Source: Alkalispirochaeta sp. (GTDB taxonomy: Bacteria > Spirochaetota > Spirochaetia > DSM-27196 > Alkalispirochaetaceae). Taken from it: a stretch of DNA of 64,000 nucleotides. Location: positions 3,424,001-3,488,000 of the forward strand of contig OZ271854.1 of the NCBI GenBank assembly GCA_965601925.1. Reading direction: 5' to 3'. A model generated the notes under the pieces. The model was not told the origin of the DNA. It did no database searches and saw only the letters and a list, made by a program, of their open reading frames with translations. Position numbers and translations under genes: made by a program. Of this stretch, positions 57,344 to 64,000 are shown piece by piece (within the stretch, counting starts at the first letter, position 1; each line of letters starts with the position of its first letter).

Positions 57344-58377
57344 CGGCTCTCCTCCTCGGCAGAGGATCGTCGCGTGAGTCTCCGTCGACGGCGTACCGCG
57401 ATATCGGCGGTGACGAACAGGAACACGACGGCCTGCACGATCGAGCCGAGTTCCCACGTGGTCTGATTTTGTAGTACCGCCGCGCGCGCGCCCGACTCCA
57501 AAAACGCAAAGAAAATCGCCGCCGGTATGAGCAAGAGGGGATGGTTTCGCGCAATGAGTGCGACGGCGATGCCGTTCCACCCCAGTCCGCCGGAGAAACC
57601 GGCGATGCTTCTATGGTGGACCCCAAGCACGAGTATCACTCCCGCCGCACCGTGCATGAGTCCCGAGAGCGCCATCGGTAACGCGGTGTAGAGGCCCACG
57701 GGCATTCCCGCGTATCGCGCAAGGCGACGGTTGTATCCGACGATGCGAAGCTCGTACCCGAAGAGCGTCCAGCGCAGCGCAATCCACAGCGTCACCAGTA
57801 CGAAAAGTCCCCAAAAGACTCCCGCATTGAGTGCCGACGGTGGAAGGAGTCGCGTCAATCTGGCCGCATCGGGAACCGAGCGGCTGGCGAGCAGGCTGCT
57901 GTCGGGATCGCGCAAGGGGCCGGTGAGGAGATAGTCGAGAACGGGAAACAGCGCCGCGGAGAGGAGAAAACTTGTAATGAGCTCGTCCGCGCCGGTACGG
58001 TGCTTGAGCCATCCGGAGAGCCCGGCGATTCCCGCGCCGCCGCCTATCGCTACGGCGACCGCGATCCACGTCGGTAACTGCGTCGTGGTAAGGAGCACCG
58101 TTACGAGGACCGCGGCGGCATATACTTGTCCCTCACCGCCGAGGTTGAACACTCCGGCGCGGAAGGCGACGACGACTCCGGCCCCCGTCAACATCAACAT
58201 CGAGGCGCGAGAGAGAAGGTTGCCGAGGGCGTAACGGTTCGCCCACGGTCCGATGAGTACCGTCGAAAGGGTACGGTAGGGTGCGTCGGCCGTGAGAAAT
58301 ATCACGACGACTACCGTTACGATCGCCGCCACCGCCGCAGTGACGGCGCTCCCGGCCGTCGCCCGAGCACGACTCAC
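57340..58377 (-). CDS. Nucleoside/sugar (CUT2-type) ABC permease
   Basis: AFRAGVFNLGGEGQ, GYELR, GWNGIAVAL. Confidence 0.9.
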   Translation of the reverse strand: MSRARATAGSAVTAAVAAIVTVVVVIFLTADAPYRTLSTVLIGPWANRYALGNLLSRASMLMLTGAGVVVAFRAGVFNLGGEGQVYAAAVLVTVLLTTTQLPTWIAVAVAIGGGAGIAGLSGWLKHRTGADELITSFLLSAALFPVLDYLLTGPLRDPDSSLLASRSVPDAARLTRLLPPSALNAGVFWGLFVLVTLWIALRWTLFGYELRIVGYNRRLARYAGMPVGLYTALPMALSGLMHGAAGVILVLGVHHRSIAGFSGGLGWNGIAVALIARNHPLLLIPAAIFFAFLESGARAAVLQNQTTWELGSIVQAVVFLFVTADIAVRRRRRLTRRSSAEEESR

Positions 58378-59915
58378 GATCGTACCTCCGTCGCGTCGTC
58401 CCGATGCGTCGTCTTAACCCCGGCAAAGGCGCGCGCTATTTCCTCTTTTTGGTACGGCGCGAACTCGCCGACGACGGCTCGGTCGTAGAGCACGGTGATC
58501 CGTTCTGCCAAGATGAGAACCGACTCAATGGCGGAGCTGAGGACTAACACGGCCGTACCCGATCGCGCCATGTCGTGCAGCGTGGCGCGAAGCGCAAACT
58601 GGCCCTCCAGGTCGAGCCCCGCCGTAGGATCGACGATGATGCAGACAGCCGGAGCCTTATCGAGTTCCCGTGCCAGGATGAGTTTTTGGATCGTGCCCCC
58701 CGACAGCGCCTCGAGGGGGGCGGTGGGCGCGACGCGAACGCCGAACACGTCCATGAGGCGCGATGTAACGCCGCGCGTATCTTTCGGATCGCGAAATCCT
58801 CTTGGGTGAACCGTCGCCCTCTCGTGGAGGATCGCGTTCTCCTCGACACTGCCTGTAAGAGCCGCGGCGCGATCGAAGCGGTCCGAGGGTATGTATGCGA
58901 GGCCGGCGCTCCGCAAATCGGACGGTTCCACGACGGCACCCAACGTCTTTTCCGCCAGTCGGATCGCACCTTTCTCCAACTGCGCTTCGCCCGCGAAGTA
59001 TTGCTCGATTATATCGAGACCCGATTCGCGCATTCCCGTTACGGCGCAGACGCATCCCGGATAGGCCGCAAGATCTATGGGGCCGAGAGGACGCACGGTC
59101 TTTCTGCCGCGGATCACCGCGCGGTCGAGTACCAAGGACGCCGTCGTCCGGCTCATCTCGCCGTGCTCCGCCGCACCGTTCGGGGTTACCGAGGCGTGAG
59201 TGGCGCGACCGCCGAAGAGGACGGCCGCCAAACGATCCGCGGACACCGGAGCGGGAATCGTTTGAAGCGTGCGTCCGCCGGCAAGAATCGTGACACGGTC
59301 GCAGACCGAGGCGACCTCCTCCAGATCGTGAGAGATGAACAGGATCGCATTTTGATCGTCCCGAAATGAGTTGAGGCTGGCGAGAATGGCCTTTCGATCG
59401 ATCCCCGATAGGCCGACGGTCGGCTCGTCGAGAATGAGTATCGACGGATTACGCACTAAGGCCGACAGCAGCGCAGCGAGGCGTATCTCCGTTCCTCCGA
59501 GCGCTCCGGCGGGCCGTTCTATGTCCAAGTCTATGTTAAACCGCCTTGCCACTCCGTCGATTCGGCGGAGACCTTCCCGACGCGCCATAAACGGTCCCCA
59601 TCGCGGCTCATCACCGACGAGAAGATTCTGCCACACCGGTATACTCGGAGCCATCCTCGGATATTGGGGAACGATCGCCACCGTCGTGCGGCGCGACGCG
59701 TCATACAGCTCCCGCTCTATTTGGACCGCGCCTCCGTCGGGCTCCTCGATACCGGCGAGGACGCGCACCAACGTCGATTTACCGGCCCCGTTCTCTCCCA
59801 CCAACGCATGGATCTCGCCGGGGAGGAGATCCAGCGACGCATCCGCAAGTGCGCGGATCGAGCCGTAGCGTTTGGTTATGGTGTGGGCGGTGAGAAGGGG
59901 ACGAGATTGGTGCAT
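58374..59915 (-). CDS. Two-domain ABC ATPase of the BMP system
   Basis: GENGAGKS, ILDEPT, second domain YIPSDR, LSGGTIQK; start at ATG 59915. Confidence 0.9.
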   Translation of the reverse strand: MHQSRPLLTAHTITKRYGSIRALADASLDLLPGEIHALVGENGAGKSTLVRVLAGIEEPDGGAVQIERELYDASRRTTVAIVPQYPRMAPSIPVWQNLLVGDEPRWGPFMARREGLRRIDGVARRFNIDLDIERPAGALGGTEIRLAALLSALVRNPSILILDEPTVGLSGIDRKAILASLNSFRDDQNAILFISHDLEEVASVCDRVTILAGGRTLQTIPAPVSADRLAAVLFGGRATHASVTPNGAAEHGEMSRTTASLVLDRAVIRGRKTVRPLGPIDLAAYPGCVCAVTGMRESGLDIIEQYFAGEAQLEKGAIRLAEKTLGAVVEPSDLRSAGLAYIPSDRFDRAAALTGSVEENAILHERATVHPRGFRDPKDTRGVTSRLMDVFGVRVAPTAPLEALSGGTIQKLILARELDKAPAVCIIVDPTAGLDLEGQFALRATLHDMARSGTAVLVLSSAIESVLILAERITVLYDRAVVGEFAPYQKEEIARAFAGVKTTHRDDATEVRS

Positions 59916-59920
59916 CGTCT

Positions 59921-60964
59921 CTATCGTCCGACGGGCAGCGGCATCTCCAGCACAAGTTCGCCCGTTTCCATGCGACGCAGGAGCGATTCCATTTCCGACC
60001 TGATACGCTCCGGTACCGCCTCGACAAAGGCGGGATGATCGGTATCGAAACTGACCATTCCGTCGGCGACGCCCAGGACGACGGCTTCGCCGTAGGGGAG
60101 GGCGCCGGCAATAGCGTCGCGCGTCGCGCGATACGCCGCCTCGTCTTGACGCACGAAGGTCGAGCCGACGACGACTCCCGGCGCCTGGTCGTAGCCGCTC
60201 TCGTCGTACCACAGTACGTAGGTCTCTCGCTCGCGCGACGCGGCGATTACCCCTTGGTTACCGCCTCCCGCAATGGTGAGAATCACATCGGCCCCGCGGT
60301 CGATCATATCCGCAGCGATCTCCTGTGCACGCCCCGCGTCGAACCAGTTGCCCAGCACGCGAAAGTCGACCTCCGCTCCGGCCAACACGGAGCGAACGCC
60401 CAGCTCGTATGCGGGAAGGATGACGTCGTTCATGATCGGATACTCCTGACCGGCCAAGAGTCCGACGATTCCTTCTCCGTTGGCGCCGGGAAGGCCTTCG
60501 GCGGTGACCAGTCCTGCGAAATAACCCGCAGAGAACGCTTGCTCCTGTTGATTAAACAGGATCGTGTGGACGCGCGGGTTGCCCGCCAAGTATCCGTCGA
60601 GCACCAGAAACGACACGTCCGGAACCGCAGCCGCCACGTCGGCGACGATCTCCGGCATGCTCGGATTCGACGTGACGATCAGATCGTAGCTGCCGGAGGC
60701 CGCCATAGACATGACGCCCTCTTCCCACGTCGCCTGGTTGAACCCCCCCTCGACGACGGCCACCGAGGCACCTTCCGCCTCCTGTGCGGCGCGCTGTACG
60801 CCGTCCACCATCATCTCGTACGTCGGGCTCCCGTCGACGACGCCGGGGACGAACACACCGATCCTGAAAAGATCCTCACCGGTCTCCTCGCCGACCGCGC
60901 CGGCAAAGAGAGCGTGGACACACAGTATAAGTACGACAAAAGCCGATAGGAGTACTCTTCTCAT
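59921..60964 (-). CDS. BMP family ABC substrate-binding protein
   Basis: Leader MRRVLL..LFAG; AGYFAG, GNWFDAGRA.E.A..MIDRGADVI; start at ATG 60964. Confidence 0.88.
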   Translation of the reverse strand: MRRVLLSAFVVLILCVHALFAGAVGEETGEDLFRIGVFVPGVVDGSPTYEMMVDGVQRAAQEAEGASVAVVEGGFNQATWEEGVMSMAASGSYDLIVTSNPSMPEIVADVAAAVPDVSFLVLDGYLAGNPRVHTILFNQQEQAFSAGYFAGLVTAEGLPGANGEGIVGLLAGQEYPIMNDVILPAYELGVRSVLAGAEVDFRVLGNWFDAGRAQEIAADMIDRGADVILTIAGGGNQGVIAASRERETYVLWYDESGYDQAPGVVVGSTFVRQDEAAYRATRDAIAGALPYGEAVVLGVADGMVSFDTDHPAFVEAVPERIRSEMESLLRRMETGELVLEMPLPVGR

Positions 60965-61063
60965 ATCCTCATAATATCGATATGCACTCGTCTCGTACAC
61001 GGAACTCGCATACTTCGACACCATTGACCGCGCTTCTTCGGCGATGGTAGGTTCTGCGGTGAC

Positions 61064-62446
61064 GTGGCACATCTGACGTTTTTGGTACTCGATATCGGAA
61101 CCTCGAGCCTCAAAGGTGCGGTGATGACATCCCGCGGAGAGGTCCTGTCGAGCGTACGCCGTTCGATCATGGGACCGTCGGAACCTCCCGACCGGTTTGT
61201 CGCGCATAGGTGGCTCGATGTACTGCGCTACACCGTGCCGCGCTTGGTCTCGCACTACTCGATCGATGCCGTAGTCATAAGCGGCAACGGACCGACGGTG
61301 GTGGCCGTCGATAGCGCGGGTGAGGCGGTGGGGGATCCACTGTTGTGGTTGGATGGACGGAGCGCCGATATCGGTCCCGGCGCATCATTCTATCTCCCTA
61401 AGATCGCGTGGTTTCACCGTAACCATCCCGAGGCCGAACGGGTACGATGGTATCTGCCCTTTCCCGAGTATCTGGTCTTCTATCTCACCGGAGAGGCGGT
61501 CGCGACGACCCCGAGCGACGAGTTCTCCCGCCACATATGGTCGGCCGAGGAGGCGGCGCGCGCCGGAGTTCCCGATACGCTCCTGCCACCCTTCGCGACC
61601 ATCGGCTCGGTCGTCGGGACGGTGCGCACGGGGCCCGCGGAGGAGTTGAATCTCGTCGTCGGTACTCCGGTAGTGGCGGCCGGATCGGATTTTCTCATGA
61701 GCCTCGTCGGGACGAACACGCTGCGTCCCGGTCGAACGTGCGATCGTGCCGGCACGTCGGAAGGCGTTAACCATTGCTCGGCGACGCGCATCGAGCACCC
61801 CGGATTACGCACGCTACCCCACGTCGTGCCGGGCAGATACAACGTAGCGGGAATTCTGTCGGCCACCGGGCTGTTGTTCGAATGGTTCCGCGAGATCAGC
61901 GGGCAGAAGGGACGCGACTACGGCGACATGATGCTCGATATCCTCTCGGTAGCCGATACCGCCGATATTCCGTGGTTCTTTCCCTCGGTCCATCGCGGCG
62001 CGGCGTGGGAGTTCCGGCGCGGAATGTTCATCGGCCTGGGCGCGGAACACGATAGCGCTGCGATGGGGCGTTCGGTCGTCCTCTCGATCGGGTTTGCCGT
62101 GCGCGAGGCGGTGGACGTGCTGGAGGCGGCGGGATGCGACGTGTCGAGTCTGCACTCGTGCGGCGGGCAGGCGAAAAACGGTCTCTGGACACAGATGAAA
62201 GCCAACATCGTGGGCCTCCCCATTCACGTCCCGGCGGTGGTGGACGCCGAGTTGAGCGGCGATCTGTGCGCCGGTCTCGTCGGCCTGGGAGAGGCGGACA
62301 ACCTCGTAGAAATCGCCGACGAGGTGATCCACACCGTACACGTCTACGAGCCCGATGCGACGCGCGCGCCTCTCTTCGACGAGCAGTACCATCGCTATCG
62401 TGAACGCTACGAACTGTTCCGTCGCGCCCTCGAGGATTGCCGATAA
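61064..62446 (+). CDS. FGGY family carbohydrate kinase
   Basis: LDIGTSSLKG, LWLDGR, AAGSD, AGTSE, CGGQAKNGLWTQMKA. Confidence 0.88.
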   Translation: MAHLTFLVLDIGTSSLKGAVMTSRGEVLSSVRRSIMGPSEPPDRFVAHRWLDVLRYTVPRLVSHYSIDAVVISGNGPTVVAVDSAGEAVGDPLLWLDGRSADIGPGASFYLPKIAWFHRNHPEAERVRWYLPFPEYLVFYLTGEAVATTPSDEFSRHIWSAEEAARAGVPDTLLPPFATIGSVVGTVRTGPAEELNLVVGTPVVAAGSDFLMSLVGTNTLRPGRTCDRAGTSEGVNHCSATRIEHPGLRTLPHVVPGRYNVAGILSATGLLFEWFREISGQKGRDYGDMMLDILSVADTADIPWFFPSVHRGAAWEFRRGMFIGLGAEHDSAAMGRSVVLSIGFAVREAVDVLEAAGCDVSSLHSCGGQAKNGLWTQMKANIVGLPIHVPAVVDAELSGDLCAGLVGLGEADNLVEIADEVIHTVHVYEPDATRAPLFDEQYHRYRERYELFRRALEDCR

Positions 62447-62513
62447 AACCTTCTCTTCACCGTTTTTCGCACCCCGACGGCACTACGCAGCTCGTGCCGT
62501 CGCAAAAGAGAAA

Positions 62514-63152
62514 TCACAGACTGTGAGGATACACATCGAGTATCAGTCGCACCGCGAGTCCGGCGATGAGCAGGATTGCGATCCCGGTTCGGGCGCGGCG
62601 CAGATCGAACCGCGATCGCACGATGCGCGTAACCGCCCACACCGCCCCTATCGCTCCGCTCCCGATCGCGAGCGCCGCAGCGAGCCTCAGCGGCAGCGCC
62701 CCCAAGATGAACCACAGGAGTAGACCCTGCACGGGACGACACGCAAAGCAGCGGACGCTCGAGTAGATCACGCCGTGGTGCGAATCGTGCCATCTCGTCC
62801 ATAACCTGGGGCGCAAATCGGAACGCTCGATGTACCTGTCAAACGCGGTGCGGTCGGAGAAGTACGTCGTTTCACACGTCGACTCGTCGAATGCGAAGTA
62901 GCGATGTTCGGCGGCATCATCCAGTTCGCCGACGACGGCCTCTCCGTAGAAGTACCACCTACGAAGACCGGCGACTCCGACGCGATCTACACTCCGGCGA
63001 CAATGGACGAGTATCGAGGAACCGGTCCCCCAGTCGTCGTAGGCGATCTCGTTGCCGTGCGGTGTATCCTGTCGCCAGTTGGAGAAATCCGCGCCGCGGG
63101 CGCCCTCTACGAGCGACAGTAAGAAGAGTAAACAGAAAAAGGTGAATCTCAT
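62514..63152 (-). CDS. Hypothetical membrane protein
   Basis: Signal peptide plus 2-3 C-terminal hydrophobic segments; no family recognised. Confidence 0.6.
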   Translation of the reverse strand: MRFTFFCLLFLLSLVEGARGADFSNWRQDTPHGNEIAYDDWGTGSSILVHCRRSVDRVGVAGLRRWYFYGEAVVGELDDAAEHRYFAFDESTCETTYFSDRTAFDRYIERSDLRPRLWTRWHDSHHGVIYSSVRCFACRPVQGLLLWFILGALPLRLAAALAIGSGAIGAVWAVTRIVRSRFDLRRARTGIAILLIAGLAVRLILDVYPHSL

Positions 63153-63500
63153 GAGCCGTTCTCTCTACACTACAACCATAGCACGACGTACCGGCGTAAA
63201 TCGACGACGGTGCGACGCCGCCGTTCGGGCACCGTCAGATGACCGTCCCGTGGCGACCCCGCCGTGCCCCTCCTGCCGGGTCTTACAACGGTCTTTCCTG
63301 GCGAACGATTTTCCGATACACCTATGGGGAGCGGCGGCGAAGCTGCGGAACGGTACACGTATCCGCGCGTGGTATCGAAGTATATCGCCGGGGGTTTAGT
63401 CGCCTTTTGTCGAGTGACGGATCGAGGGGATGGATAATTTCTTGCGACTGCTATGAGGACGGTGTATGATTACTACATCAATAGTAATAAAGGATTCGGT

Positions 63501-64000
63501 GTGAAGAATCGACCTTTCTACGATGTTCGGTCGGAGGTCGGAGCCCTGGAGGCGGTCTTGCTCCACCGGCCCGGAAAAGAGCTGGAACGGCTTACGCCTC
63601 AGTACCTGGAGGAGCTTCTGTTCGACGATATCCCCTGGCTCGGCAAAGTGCAGGAGGAGCACGACCAGTTTGCCGCCGCCCTCGAGGGACGGGGATGCCG
63701 GGTCTACTATTACGAATCACTTTTGGAAGAGATCCTGAAGGAGGAACGGGTCAGAGGCGAGCTGATCGCCGAGGTCTCTACCTTCACGGGAATCGACCGA
63801 TTGAAAGAGAAAGCGGCAATTCTGGAACATTTGCACACTCAGAATCCCGCCGCCCTGGCGGAGATCTTCATCGCCGGCCTCCACAAAAACGAGATCGCCT
63901 ACAAGCAGGAGAATCGGAGCCTCTCCTATTACATCACCGACGACTACCCCTTTTACATCGATCCCTTGCCCAACCTCTACTTCACCCGCGATCCCGGTAC
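63501..64000 (+). CDS. arcA: Arginine deiminase, partial (runs off the window end)
   Basis: Not in the ORF track. From GTG 63501: VRSEVGALEAVLLHRPGKELERLTP..LEELLFDDIP..EEHDQF..IDPLPNLYFTRDP. Confidence 0.95.
   Translation, partial: MKNRPFYDVRSEVGALEAVLLHRPGKELERLTPQYLEELLFDDIPWLGKVQEEHDQFAAALEGRGCRVYYYESLLEEILKEERVRGELIAEVSTFTGIDRLKEKAAILEHLHTQNPAALAEIFIAGLHKNEIAYKQENRSLSYYITDDYPFYIDPLPNLYFTRDPG

Noticed and set aside
55124..64000. argH and arcA as a single arginine locus
   Set aside because: About 7 kb apart and separated by unrelated genes on both strands; no shared operator seen.

Overview
High-GC chromosomal window, probably from a free-living Spirochaetaceae-like anaerobe (inferred from 'FAGGQGE'-type binding-protein leaders, a BMP protein, a FlgD/OmpA repeat protein and acidic proteins). 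No integrase, transposase, cas or phage genes were seen. Left to right: partial membrane-anchored CheA-like kinase; GntR/MFS pair; DUF3179, EamA, thioesterase and DUF434 genes; a hybrid-cluster-protein (hcp) locus; a secreted beta-propeller protein and an orphan sensor kinase; an AKR-Rid/YheO/RidA/Opp locus with a doubled M20+M24 peptidase pair; tRNA-Val(CAC); a ribA-ribD-dehydrogenase-PTPS-glycosyltransferase cluster; a GcvT-GcvP fusion under a tandem glycine riboswitch; dNK, small Omp85, a low-GC lipoprotein insert, a 1763-aa barrel/repeat/OmpA protein, clpB, argH, a BMP ABC transporter, an FGGY kinase and the start of arcA. The best candidate for an undescribed system is the hcp locus. It combines a Crp/Fnr regulator, two Fnr-type boxes in class II promoter geometry, a permease-less binding protein + G3E GTPase + ATPase trio (possible cluster-maturation module), and an unexplained 10-unit, 62-63 bp palindromic tandem array built from the same half-sites as the operator. 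The GTP-derived biosynthetic cluster and the GcvT-P fusion come next. All family assignments are by motif recognition only; no searches were run.
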